From an uncultured Candidatus Bathyarchaeia archaeon (lineage in GTDB: Archaea > Thermoproteota > Bathyarchaeia > 40CM-2-53-6 > RBG-13-38-9): 64,000 bases of DNA. Shown piece after piece: positions 29,185 to 38,342 of the stretch. A program made the position numbers and the translations under genes. The notes beneath the pieces were generated by a model. The model was not told the DNA's origin, did no database searches, and was given only the letters and a program-made list of their open reading frames with translations. Position 1 is the stretch's first letter. Every line of letters starts with the position of its first letter. The DNA is taken from positions 1,653 to 65,652 of the forward strand of contig CAYZRW010000011.1 of the NCBI GenBank assembly GCA_964480955.1, read 5' to 3'.

Positions 29185-31218
29185 CTAACTTTTTCTGTTA
29201 TGCAGTACTATGGCGCCTACCACTATAGCAGCAGCAATTGACGACAGTATTAGTAAAGCAAACGGATCAGGTTGAGTCTGTCCGGCTGTAGCCTCGGATG
29301 GTTGTTCACTCAGGTAGGTTTTTGCTTGCTGAAAGTGAGCCAGAGCAGCAATGTAGTCCCCCTCATAGTATGATGACTCACCTGCATAGAATTCTTCGTT
29401 TGCCTTGCGGAAGTATTCGGAGTCTGGTTTCAGGAGATATTCAAAGTAGCTCTTCAAAGGCAAGGTTCCCTCAGACATAGCGTAGCCTGTTGAGAACGAC
29501 CTATTGATCGCTCCGGTGTGGATACGCTTCAGTTCAGCGTCAAGCTCCTTGTAGAGTATGTCACTCTGCATATGCTCTGGGGTTCCAACCTCAAAGTCTC
29601 CTGCTGAGTGCTCATAGGTTCTGGTTGAGCCGACTCCACCGTCTATTTCTGAGTATTCAACTTTGACATCGTAAAAGTGGTATCCCAGTGGAGCGTCCTT
29701 GGGAACTTGGAATTCAACATAAGCTTGGTATATATCATCTGGGCCAGTGAGGGTTTTCGGAAGTGAACTGAGGCTCTCAATATATTTGTCTTCAGGGGCC
29801 CAGTCAAAATGCAGCCTAACCTTTTCCAGCCGCAGCGTGCCACTAGAGTTCGTTGTGGGTTTGATGGTTATGAGGGCTTTGCCTATGCTTTCTTGAGTTA
29901 CACTGCTCTCAAACTTCACATCCACATCCAAACGCCTGTCCAGTGAGAGCAGCCAGATATCGAAGTTGCCAGCCCTATCTGATTCGAAGACAATCTTCCT
30001 TCCATCAGGACTCCAGAACGGATAGATATCTTGATAAGAATTCTTGGTCAACCTTGTTCTGTTGCTTCCGTCAACATTAATCATCCATATGTCGGGCTGA
30101 CCTTCTGCTGCTAGAGACCAGTAGACAATCTTCCTTCCATCTGGACTGAATCTTGGGGCTCTGTCACCCTCACCGTCCCACGTCAGCCTTGTCTGGTTGG
30201 TACCGTCGTCATTCATGACCCAGAGACCATAGTTGGGCGAGCGTAGAGAGATGCAAGCCATCTTCTTACCGTCAGGACTGACGCTGCGGACGTTCTCATG
30301 CAGACGAGGCGTCAGATTCCTTTCGTAGCCAGTATCAACATTCACCATGAATATCTCGACAAAGGCTACATCATCAGGGATGCTAGGGAAGGTTCTTGGG
30401 GGAAGTGGGAAGGTCGTCACCTGATAATATAGTCTTTCGCCGTCAGGGTGCCAGGTGACTCGGGTCTCAACGAAACGCTCAGCCGGGTGACCTGTAGTCA
30501 ATTGTTTCTTTCCACTTCCATCCGTGTTTATGATGTATACTTCCATGTTTCCTGTCTGGTTTGCTGTGTAGGCTATTCTGTCTCCTCTGGGACTCCACGT
30601 TGGCGGCCCCTTGAAGGTGCCGTCCGTTGTGAGCTTGGCCTTTGAGGTTCCGTCAGACCTCATCCTCCAAATATCACATGTTCCTGTTGTTAGGTTGTAT
30701 GACCAGTAGGCTATCTCCTGGCCGTCTGGACTCCAAGAGGGCCAGCCGCTGATCACATCAGCAGAGGTCAACTGTTTCTTGTTGCTTCCATCATCATTCA
30801 TTATCCAGATCGTCCAGTTGCCAAGACGATTTGTAGCCCAGACTATCCTGTTCTCCTTGGGACTGTAGACCGTGCCCACATCTCTTCCATGGTCATATGT
30901 GAGCCTCCTTAGTCCAGGCTCCATCTCTGTGACTCCGACAGGCTTCGCTGGTTGATGAGTCAACTTCTCAGGAGGGAGAGGATACGGAATACTATGACAG
31001 CTTGCGCAGAAAGGACCTTTACCATAAGCGTCAAGAGTCCTCTGGAGCGAAACAACCCTTACACTACTGTAGACTCCAAAGCGCTGTTGCGCCAGGGTGT
31101 TTATTGGTACAACTAGGAGGACAAGCGAAAAGATTACGAAAAGTATTCTTGCCTTGCTCACGTTCAGCAGACTTGTGAACATTTGCGTTTCTGGTACTGA
31201 GATGCGAATAATAAACAT
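29185..31218 (-). CDS. Exported TolB-like (PD40-repeat) beta-propeller protein with N-terminal CxxCH and C-terminal anchor
   Basis: Signal peptide; seven (W/F/Y/V)SP(D/R/K)G-type repeats; CASCH at 30994-31008; C-terminal TM + basic tail. Confidence 0.8.
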   Translation of the reverse strand: MFIIRISVPETQMFTSLLNVSKARILFVIFSLVLLVVPINTLAQQRFGVYSSVRVVSLQRTLDAYGKGPFCASCHSIPYPLPPEKLTHQPAKPVGVTEMEPGLRRLTYDHGRDVGTVYSPKENRIVWATNRLGNWTIWIMNDDGSNKKQLTSADVISGWPSWSPDGQEIAYWSYNLTTGTCDIWRMRSDGTSKAKLTTDGTFKGPPTWSPRGDRIAYTANQTGNMEVYIINTDGSGKKQLTTGHPAERFVETRVTWHPDGERLYYQVTTFPLPPRTFPSIPDDVAFVEIFMVNVDTGYERNLTPRLHENVRSVSPDGKKMACISLRSPNYGLWVMNDDGTNQTRLTWDGEGDRAPRFSPDGRKIVYWSLAAEGQPDIWMINVDGSNRTRLTKNSYQDIYPFWSPDGRKIVFESDRAGNFDIWLLSLDRRLDVDVKFESSVTQESIGKALITIKPTTNSSGTLRLEKVRLHFDWAPEDKYIESLSSLPKTLTGPDDIYQAYVEFQVPKDAPLGYHFYDVKVEYSEIDGGVGSTRTYEHSAGDFEVGTPEHMQSDILYKELDAELKRIHTGAINRSFSTGYAMSEGTLPLKSYFEYLLKPDSEYFRKANEEFYAGESSYYEGDYIAALAHFQQAKTYLSEQPSEATAGQTQPDPFALLILSSIAAAIVVGAIVLHNRKS

Positions 31219-31395
31219 ATCCCGAAAATGTAGGGGATTTCTGCGTGAACTTAGCGGAATAGACCATGTCGCGCGGTCATCAAGAGTTAATCCAATAGCT
31301 CATACGTTCTCAGTTGGAGCCTCCTAAACAGCTCCCCCAGTTCAGAAGCTTGGTCTTGATGTTCTAGCTTCTCATTCCTCAAACACCTTATAGTG

Positions 31396-31855
31396 CTAAG
31401 GGCTTGTCACATTCTGGCTTTCCCTGAGTAATTTGCCCACAATCAAGACTGCTGGATATGTAAGATCCTCCTCAGTCTTAGCGTGAAGCTTCAGCTTTCT
31501 GGCGAACTCAACTACGGCATACTTCTTGGCTTGCTTTCCAGCTTTCTCAAGTTCATTGAGCGCCTTCACGATTTCTTCATGCTCTTGAAGCATCTTCTCA
31601 TATTCAAGTTTGAACTTGCCAGCCAACTCTGAGGCCTTAGGAAAGTCTGGGGAAGCCTTGTCTTCTGCCAACTCCTTTGCCACACCTATCACTGGCAGCG
31701 CCAGTTCATTCTCTCTTTCGAAGTGTGGATGGAGAACTTGTGCAACTTGCTTGGCTGCCTTGCTGACCTTGCCCGGTATCCTTTGTGGCCTTTAGGAGTT
31801 CCTGATGAATCTCTTCATGCTCCTCCTCCATAGCGTTGGGAATTCCCAGAGGCAT
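31396..31855 (-). pseudogene. Hemerythrin-domain protein with a single +1 frameshift
   Basis: ATG 31855 MPLGIPNAMEEEHEEIHQELLKATK, extra G at 31780/31781, then IPGKVSKAAKQVAQVLHPHFERENELALPVIGV...HEEIV...HAKTEEDLTYP (paired HxxxE helices). Confidence 0.7.
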
Positions 31856-31963
31856 ATCGTTTCACAAAATTGATTTCAGAAATATAGTTCACTTAACTTT
31901 TTCTCTAGCGTACCCAACAAGATGTCTTGTAGTAATCAAGACAACAACTGAAAAACTCAGGAG

Positions 31964-32869
31964 TCATGACTTTGGCTTTTGGTGTTGGATTATGTGTTGA
32001 ATCTCATTTAGGGCTTCATCGATTGTAAGGGGCTTAGTTCCTGGGGGGACTATGCTTTTTTCAGCCATAAGTTGGAAGAGCCTAAGAATGGGCGGTGGTT
32101 CAAGTTTAGCTTCACGCATCAAATTAAGTTTAGAAAAGACTTCTCTGACAGGACCTTCCGCCACAATCCGCCCCTTATTCAGGATGAATGTTTTGTCCAC
32201 GACTTGAGGAACCAAGTCCACGTCGTGTGTAGCTACGATTAGTGTCGGGTTTCGCTGCTTACCTAGGTTCTTGATAAGTTCAATCAGTTCCTCACGGCTC
32301 TTTGGATCGAGATTTGCCGTCGGTTCATCTATGAGCAGTACTTTAGGCTGCATGGAGAGGACGCTTGCTATAGCCACTTTCTTCTTCTCGCCCTCACTGA
32401 GGTGGTGGGGCAGTCTTCTCTCGTAACCTTCGAGGCCGACCTGCCTGAGCGCGTCCTCTGTCCTCGAGTTCACTTCCTCTTCGGTCAGCCCCAGATTCAG
32501 GGGTCCATATGCAACGTCTTCGAAGACTGTGTTGCAGAAGAGTTGGTCGTCCGGGTTCTGGAATGTCAATCCGACGTTTCTTCTGATCTCTCGAATGTTC
32601 TTGTTGTTGACTGGCAGGTCAAGGATTTTTACCTCTCCTCTTGAGGATGTGAGGATGCCGGCCATGTGCATGAGCAGGGTTGATTTGCCAGCGCCGTTAG
32701 GACCTAGGATCGCGACCTTCTCCCCCCTCATGACTCTTAGACTGACGCCGTCCAGCGCAACGAGTCCATCTGGATAAGCATACGTCACATCTTTCAATTC
32801 AACAGCGACTTCACTCACTTCTATCAACCAACCAGACGCAGAAGCTCTATTGATGAGATGACCACACAT
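31964..32869 (-). CDS. cbiO: ECF Ni/Co transporter ATPase (CbiO/NikO)
   Basis: GPNGAGKST, FQNPDDQLF, LSEGEKKK, IDEPT, ATHD. Confidence 0.9.
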   Translation of the reverse strand: MCGHLINRASASGWLIEVSEVAVELKDVTYAYPDGLVALDGVSLRVMRGEKVAILGPNGAGKSTLLMHMAGILTSSRGEVKILDLPVNNKNIREIRRNVGLTFQNPDDQLFCNTVFEDVAYGPLNLGLTEEEVNSRTEDALRQVGLEGYERRLPHHLSEGEKKKVAIASVLSMQPKVLLIDEPTANLDPKSREELIELIKNLGKQRNPTLIVATHDVDLVPQVVDKTFILNKGRIVAEGPVREVFSKLNLMREAKLEPPPILRLFQLMAEKSIVPPGTKPLTIDEALNEIQHIIQHQKPKS

Positions 32870-33939
32870 ATCGAGAATGATGCGGTCAAGAAGAGCCAGT
32901 CCCCAGTCTTGATCTTCAGTTCATTCCGCATTCTGGTTTCCGGGGTAAATCCTCTGGCCAGCATCGCCAGGTATACCCTCTCACCCTTCTCATAGGCTCG
33001 CACGAAGAGTGTTGCAAACATGTTTGCGAGGGACCTTAAGTTTCGTATCCTCGATTCTCTGGCAGCCGTTCGGCTCTCCTTAGCTAGGATCATTCTGTAG
33101 GCTTCATCTATGAATAGGAAGATGAACCTGTAGGTGATGGCTATCATAGTCACGAAGAGCTTTGGGAATCTGAGCCTATCCATTGAGTGGATGATCTGAG
33201 AGAATCTTGTTGTCAAGACTAGGAGATTTAGCGTTGCGACACAGATCCATATTCTAAAAGTGAAGACTGTAGCCTTCAGGAACCCTTCGATGGTTGGTTG
33301 AATGAGAACTGGTCCAATTATGATCTGAGCAAGCATTGTCCCCGGTGTCATGAAGAGCAGAGGTGAAGCAATCAAGGCTGCAAAGACTGGAATGAAGAGG
33401 GTCGCTCTCTTCAGGAAATATCCCAAGGGGATCTTCGAGAAGATGCAGAGTATGATGACTACCACGAACAGAATCAAGAGTGGATAGATTGTCTTCGCCG
33501 CTATTGCAGACAGTATAAGCGCTACTAGGGAAAGGAGTTTGACAGAAGGGTTGATTTCTTGGAGAATCCCCTTCGTCCCGGTGAACCTCTCGAAATACAT
33601 TATGTCCTCGAATGTCTTCAGAAAATCTCCTAACAAGGATCTATCTTGGACCCCCAGTCTTTTTCTTGTTCTCAACCCCTCCCCAACAATCAGGGTTACT
33701 CCCAAGACAAACAGCGTGAAGCCTACTCCTAAGACGAGATTTATCAGGATATTCCCCTCGTAGCCGGGAATCTCGTAGTCTGGTATGGGTGGATTCCAAA
33801 CAGGTAATTCTCCGATGCCTAGGCGGCCGGCCACCCTATCTAGCGTCTCCTCAGAGTGACAAAGCCAGAGAGTCCCAACGGCAACGAAGATGACGGAGAC
33901 GATGACCCCAGTCAATATTACATTTCGATCCCTATTCAC
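32824..33939 (-). CDS. Fused PDGLE/NikN-like + CbiQ/NikQ ECF T component
   Basis: N-terminal PPIPDYEIPGY between TM helices; C-terminal CbiQ motifs (INPSVKL, YRFIFLFIDE, RAYEKGERVYLAMLARGF). Confidence 0.8.
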   Translation of the reverse strand: MNRDRNVILTGVIVSVIFVAVGTLWLCHSEETLDRVAGRLGIGELPVWNPPIPDYEIPGYEGNILINLVLGVGFTLFVLGVTLIVGEGLRTRKRLGVQDRSLLGDFLKTFEDIMYFERFTGTKGILQEINPSVKLLSLVALILSAIAAKTIYPLLILFVVVIILCIFSKIPLGYFLKRATLFIPVFAALIASPLLFMTPGTMLAQIIIGPVLIQPTIEGFLKATVFTFRIWICVATLNLLVLTTRFSQIIHSMDRLRFPKLFVTMIAITYRFIFLFIDEAYRMILAKESRTAARESRIRNLRSLANMFATLFVRAYEKGERVYLAMLARGFTPETRMRNELKIKTGDWLFLTASFSICVVISSIELLRLVG

Positions 33940-34637
33940 CTTATACCCCCTTCAGTCTCTCCTCCTAGCCTCAGGTTCTCTCCAGCTAGTTTTATTGTGA
34001 ATCTTGATTGTCGAAGAAGGTCAGGCCTCGTCTTCAGGAGGATCCTGATGACTCCGGTTGTGACTATGCCTTCGCCGACCCCTATGAACGAGTGGTGGAT
34101 GCCCATCGCGGTGACGGCGATGGGTGCTGCGTAGGGAAAGATTGTTGAGAGCCCGAGTTCCAGCCCAGCAAAGACGGCTGCCAAGAGATCTCCTACGAAA
34201 GCTCCAGTGAACCCCGCTACTAACAGGGCTTTTGGACTCTTCCAAGTCGTCATAACGGCTGAGAAGATGATGTAGGGGGTAAAGACGCCGACTACACCCA
34301 TATTCCATACGTTTGCGCCGAATGTTGTGATTCCGCCGTCGCCGAAGAATAGTGCCTGGATTAGGAGGATTATCGTCATCGAGACCATTCCGGCGTACGG
34401 TCCCAAAGTCACAGCTACTATGGGGCCGCCTAGGAGGTGGGCTGTTGTGCCCCCAATTACGGGGTAGTTCATCATTTGGGCCGCGAAGAACATGGCTGTC
34501 AATGTGGCCATCAGTGGGATCTGTCTATCGGTCAGGCTCTCCCTAGCCTTTCTGAAGGAGAGTATCCAGAAGAGGACTGAGCCGGCGTAGGTTACGGCGC
34601 AGACAGAGTAGTCTAGGAAGCCGTCTGGGATGTGCAT
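33936..34637 (-). CDS. cbiM: ECF Ni/Co substrate-binding component CbiM/NikM
   Basis: Mature N-terminus MHIPDGFL, TAHLLGG, LFFGDGG; ATG 34637. Confidence 0.92.
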   Translation of the reverse strand: MHIPDGFLDYSVCAVTYAGSVLFWILSFRKARESLTDRQIPLMATLTAMFFAAQMMNYPVIGGTTAHLLGGPIVAVTLGPYAGMVSMTIILLIQALFFGDGGITTFGANVWNMGVVGVFTPYIIFSAVMTTWKSPKALLVAGFTGAFVGDLLAAVFAGLELGLSTIFPYAAPIAVTAMGIHHSFIGVGEGIVTTGVIRILLKTRPDLLRQSRFTIKLAGENLRLGGETEGGIR

Positions 34638-34648
34638 CTGGGGTCTCC

Positions 34649-34678
34649 GATAATACTTTCCTTGCAAACAGTAACATC
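34649..34678. promoter_or_regulatory. Candidate NikR operator over the nikM transcription start
   Basis: Imperfect inverted repeat GATAATAC-N14-GTAACATC between nikM ATG and its TATA box. Confidence 0.35.
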
Positions 34679-35146
34679 ATGATAGATATTAAAGCTTTCT
34701 TGGAAGTAAACATCTTACGGGAGATTGATTTGGCGTCTGAAGGTGTTTGCAGATTCAGCGTCTCCGCTCCTCGAAGCCTCGTGGAGGAATTCGACGTCAC
34801 CATCAAAAGGATAGGTTACGACAGATCGAAGGCTATTCAGGCCGCGATGCGCAGCTTCCTCAATGACTACAAGTGGACTCACGAGGCCAAAGGAACAGTT
34901 GCAGGAGGACTCATAACAATATATGACCACGAGGTCAAAGGTCTAGAAGAGGACCTGACCGATATTCAACACAGTTACCAGAGCATAATCAGCTCAACCA
35001 CCCATGTTCACCTTGATGAACGTCACTGCCTCGAGATCACGCCTGTCAAAGGCGACGCCAGACTTGCAAAGAAGCTGTCTGAAGAGATCATGAGTAAGCG
35101 AGGAGTCAGACAAAGCAAATTGGTAGCGATAATGCTGTCGACCTGA
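34679..35146 (+). CDS. nikR: Nickel-responsive regulator NikR (true start probably near TTG 34730)
   Basis: RHH RFSVSAP..LVEEFD...YDRSKAIQAA; IYDH, DIQH, STTHVHLDERHCLE metal site; divergent from nikM. Confidence 0.92.
   Translation: MIDIKAFLEVNILREIDLASEGVCRFSVSAPRSLVEEFDVTIKRIGYDRSKAIQAAMRSFLNDYKWTHEAKGTVAGGLITIYDHEVKGLEEDLTDIQHSYQSIISSTTHVHLDERHCLEITPVKGDARLAKKLSEEIMSKRGVRQSKLVAIMLST
34686..34699 (-). promoter_or_regulatory. BRE-TATA promoter for nikM operon
   Basis: Minus strand GAAAGC-TTTAATAT about 50 bp upstream of the ATG. Confidence 0.5.
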
Positions 35147-35213
35147 ACATAATAGTCAATTTTGCACATACTCACTAACGTTTCAAGTTACGATGGCCTC
35201 AACCGGTTCCACA

Positions 35214-35228
35214 CAAAGCTATTTAAAA
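35214..35228 (+). promoter_or_regulatory. BRE-TATA promoter of glnA (likely leaderless mRNA)
   Basis: CAAAGCT-ATTTAAAA ending 22 bp before the ATG. Confidence 0.45.
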
Positions 35229-35250
35229 CAGTCCAATCACTCCTAAATTC

Positions 35251-36579
35251 ATGAAATCTCAGAAGATCCTAGAACGCGCTAAGAAAGACGGTGTAGAATT
35301 CATAAGCCTACAGTTTACTGACTTACTTGGAGTCACAAAAGAAGTCGTCATACCTGCAAAAGAGTTGGAAGACGCACTGGCATATGGCGTTTGGTTCGAC
35401 GGATCTTCAATTGAAGGATTCGCAAGAATACAGGAAAGCGACCTCTTCCTGAAACCCGATCAGTCAACGTATTCTGTGGTTCCGTGGCTAACGGAAAACG
35501 GCAAGACGGCAAGGCTGATCTGCGATATTCACATGCCAGACGGGGAACCGTTCGAGGGCGACCCTAGATTCATCCTAAAGAGGTTGGTTGCTGAAGCAGC
35601 TGAGATGGGATTTCAATATAACGTTGGACCTGAACCAGAGTTCTATCTATTCAAGAGGGATGATTCAGCCAAGAAGTCTCCAATAGACTATGGAAGTTAC
35701 TTTGACCTATCTTCTCATGAAGGATATAAAATAGCGAAGGAGATAGCCACGGCGCTCGAATATTTTAGTATCAGCGTCGAGACATCGCATCATGAAGTCG
35801 GTAAAGGGCAATATGAAATAGATTTCAATTATGGCCCGGCTCTGCAAATTGCAGACAAGCTGCTTACACTAAAATATGCGGTGAAGAAGATTGCGCAGAT
35901 GCATGTTTTCTGTGCAACGTTTATGCCAAAACCAGTGATGGGCGACGCCGGTTCTGGCATGCACATTCACCAGAGTCTGTTTGACACCAGAGCAGGAAGG
36001 AATGCTTTCTATGATGAGAATGACAGATACAGGTTGTCGAAGGTTGCTTACAACTTCATTGCCGGCCAAATGAAGCATATCAAAGCGATGTGTGCAATTC
36101 TATGTCCGACCGTGAATTCCTACAAGAGGTTGGTTTCGGGATTCGAGGCGCCTGTATACGTTACTTGGGCCAGCATGAACCGGTCAGCGCTCATAAGGGT
36201 TCCTAGGTGGTTCGGGCAAAGACCTGAATCCGCAAGGGTTGAGTTGAGGTGTCCGGATCCCACTTGTAATCCATACCTAGCATTTGCTGTTATGCTCAAG
36301 GCAGGTTTAGACGCCATTAAGAGTGACTTGATGCCTCCTGAGCCTGTTGAAGAGAATGTGTATCAGTTTGACGATGAAAGTCTGACAGAGAAGAATATTG
36401 ATATTCTGCCAACATCTTTGCAGGAAGCATTGAATAATCTAAAGACTGATAAGCTTGTTCAAGAGGTTCTTGGAAATCATCTATTTGAAAGATATGTTGC
36501 TATAAAGACCAGAGAATGGAATGAGTTCAAGATGCAAGTCACATCTTGGGAAATAGAGAAATATCTGGATATTTACTGA
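35251..36579 (+). CDS. glnA: Glutamine synthetase type I
   Basis: FDGSSIEGF, GPEPEF, HHEVGKGQYE, FMPKP...GSGMHIH, SYKRLVSGFEAP, ELRCPDP.NPYL. Confidence 0.97.
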   Translation: MKSQKILERAKKDGVEFISLQFTDLLGVTKEVVIPAKELEDALAYGVWFDGSSIEGFARIQESDLFLKPDQSTYSVVPWLTENGKTARLICDIHMPDGEPFEGDPRFILKRLVAEAAEMGFQYNVGPEPEFYLFKRDDSAKKSPIDYGSYFDLSSHEGYKIAKEIATALEYFSISVETSHHEVGKGQYEIDFNYGPALQIADKLLTLKYAVKKIAQMHVFCATFMPKPVMGDAGSGMHIHQSLFDTRAGRNAFYDENDRYRLSKVAYNFIAGQMKHIKAMCAILCPTVNSYKRLVSGFEAPVYVTWASMNRSALIRVPRWFGQRPESARVELRCPDPTCNPYLAFAVMLKAGLDAIKSDLMPPEPVEENVYQFDDESLTEKNIDILPTSLQEALNNLKTDKLVQEVLGNHLFERYVAIKTREWNEFKMQVTSWEIEKYLDIY

Positions 36580-36685
36580 TTTTCTCGATAGTGCGGTTAA
36601 TCGAGATCTCTAGTAGGTTCTCACTTTCACGATCGGAATATTGTCTGCAAGTATTGTTTTGCGCGCTCTTCAAGATTCATTATTT

Positions 36686-36756
36686 GCGGTTGAGTGAAGT
36701 GTCCGCGCATGCGCGGTGTAGGGCGACAATGGTCTGGTCGCCCCCCACTCAACTGT
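36686..36756. ncRNA. Candidate structured RNA/DNA element (three-way junction)
   Basis: Outer stem GTTGAGTG/CACTCAAC enclosing palindrome CCGCGCATGCGCGG and hairpin GGGCGAC/GTCGCCC. Confidence 0.35.
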
Positions 36757-36903
36757 CGCAACGACTTGAGTCTCGACGATCCGTTGTGTGTGTCCTAGCA
36801 GTTCATTAACTTTTATTGTCTGTCGCTCAGGAGACTAACATTCTGGGAACCAATAGGTCAATGGTGTAACTTGGTCCACTAAGGCACCAAAAGAGATGAG
36901 ATC

Positions 36904-37182
36904 ATGAGTTCAAATGATGGTGCTCTCTTTAGGGTTAACCCGTCCACTGGTGCTCAGACGTTACTGTCAGACTTTGGTGTTGGAACCCCAGCTGGAGCAC
37001 TCCTACGCGGTGTTGCTGTTGTGCCGGAGCAGCCAACACCAACACCCACACCCACACCAAAACCTGTCGGCGGCGTTGTAGTACCGACAAGCAAGCTTGA
37101 GATAGCGGCACCATTCGCAGCACTGGCAGGACTAATCATAGCCGTATCAGCGGTTGTAGTGGTTAAGCGAAGAAGAGACTAA
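36904..37182 (+). pseudogene. C-terminal remnant of a surface protein with PT linker and PVGG-type membrane anchor
   Basis: LFRVNPSTGAQTLLSDFG, PTPTPTPTPKPVGGVVVPTSKLEIAAPFAALAGLIIAVSAVVVVKRRRD; no signal peptide. Confidence 0.55.
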
Positions 37183-37190
37183 CCAAAACA

Positions 37191-37206
37191 TCCTTTCTCT
37201 TTTTTC
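37191..37206 (+). terminator. Possible oligo-U terminator
   Basis: TCCTTTCTCTTTTTTC shortly after stop 37182. Confidence 0.35.
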
Positions 37207-37268
37207 GTAACTTCCTAGCATACTTTATCTTACATCATTTTGGCGAGCGTAGCGAGCAGTATATGTGT

Positions 37269-37350
37269 GTGTGGTCCCTTGGTGAGAGCATGTGAATTTG
37301 AACCGTTAGGTTCCGTTGTTTCTTGGTGTGTGTGCTCACCAAGGGTCCAC
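37269..37350. repeat. Structured intergenic motif, copy 1
   Basis: GGTCCCTTGGTGAGAGCATnnnAATTTGAACC...GTGTGCTCACC; CCCTTGGTGAG/CTCACCAAGGG stem; 29/32 identical to copy at 41159. Confidence 0.7.
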
Positions 37351-37630
37351 CACCAGAGAAATCTGTTCATGTCAGGGGAAGAATCCCCTAAAACCCCTCT
37401 TCACCAAACTGATTGCTCACTATGCTCAGCAATGCTGCAATGACCGCCGACAGAATCCAACCTAGTTAACCAACCTGTTCATATCCAAGCCCTACCGCCC
37501 TCTTCAGCCATTGTTGATCGTTTCAGATTCATCAAAGATAAACGGTTCGTTCGTAAATGACGATTTTCCAGCTCCGGAGTTCAGGTCTCTGCTCCTTGGA
37601 GGATTGATTTTGCAAGAACTTGGAATAATT

Positions 37631-38245
37631 CTAAGCTGTTGCAGGCCGTTTCTGAAGGGTTTCTCTAATCTTCTTGATCTCCTCTAGGATCTGAAGACTG
37701 AAGTTCTCGAATGTTGAGGCCTCGATTCCAGCTTCTACAGCCATAGGTCTCAAGTGTCTGACCCTGTTCATGACAAGGTTTTTGATCTCTTCGAAGTTCT
37801 TGGTCCCCAGTATGACTGCCTCAGCGATCTTGGTGCTTCCACTTCCTCCTCCACTCGAAAACCCAGCCGTCTGTATGGAGATCTTTCCAAGCCCGAAATG
37901 TCGAGATAATGGTCCTTGAATAACATCAAGGTTCGTGACTCGGTTGTAGGGGACTATGCTCTTATGCTTCCACCAAACACCCTTCTCAACGATTATGTCG
38001 CTTTCAGTCAGAAGATATGTCAGAGACGCATGGAACTTCGGAATCCAGAAACACACGAAAACCACAACAGCCACTAGTGGCGGGAACAGACTCGATATGA
38101 CATACGTGGTAACGATTGGTGACAGGCTTAGTGCCAGAATACCTACGGGAATAGCCCATGAAAGGTAGAAGATGATGCATGCCAGTGCCAAGTAGGTGTA
38201 GTAGAGCTTCTTCAAGTCATCATGCGGTTTGAAAGATTCATTCAT
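37631..38245 (-). CDS. Membrane protein with bacterial PH domain (YdbS-like)
   Basis: Two TM helices then Y.LTE..I.VEKGVWW....VPYNRVTNLDVIQGPLSRHFGLG.I.IQTAG. Confidence 0.85.
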   Translation of the reverse strand: MNESFKPHDDLKKLYYTYLALACIIFYLSWAIPVGILALSLSPIVTTYVISSLFPPLVAVVVFVCFWIPKFHASLTYLLTESDIIVEKGVWWKHKSIVPYNRVTNLDVIQGPLSRHFGLGKISIQTAGFSSGGGSGSTKIAEAVILGTKNFEEIKNLVMNRVRHLRPMAVEAGIEASTFENFSLQILEEIKKIRETLQKRPATA

Positions 38246-38342
38246 GAAATCGAACCTTCCTCAGTATTTACGTTGTTTGCGCCCTTCTAAATGGTCCGGT
38301 TTCGAGGAGCCGCACCAAAAGATACACATAGGCAAGTAGCTA

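Noticed and set aside
36721-36743. GGCGA...TCGCC hairpin as a fluoride riboswitch
   Set aside because: Downstream pseudoknot and conserved GCTGATGAC-type segment absent; no crcB-type gene follows.
37295-37304. GGTTCAAAT on the minus strand (also 41181-41190) as a tRNA T-loop
   Set aside because: No closing T-stem, acceptor stem or anticodon arm can be built.
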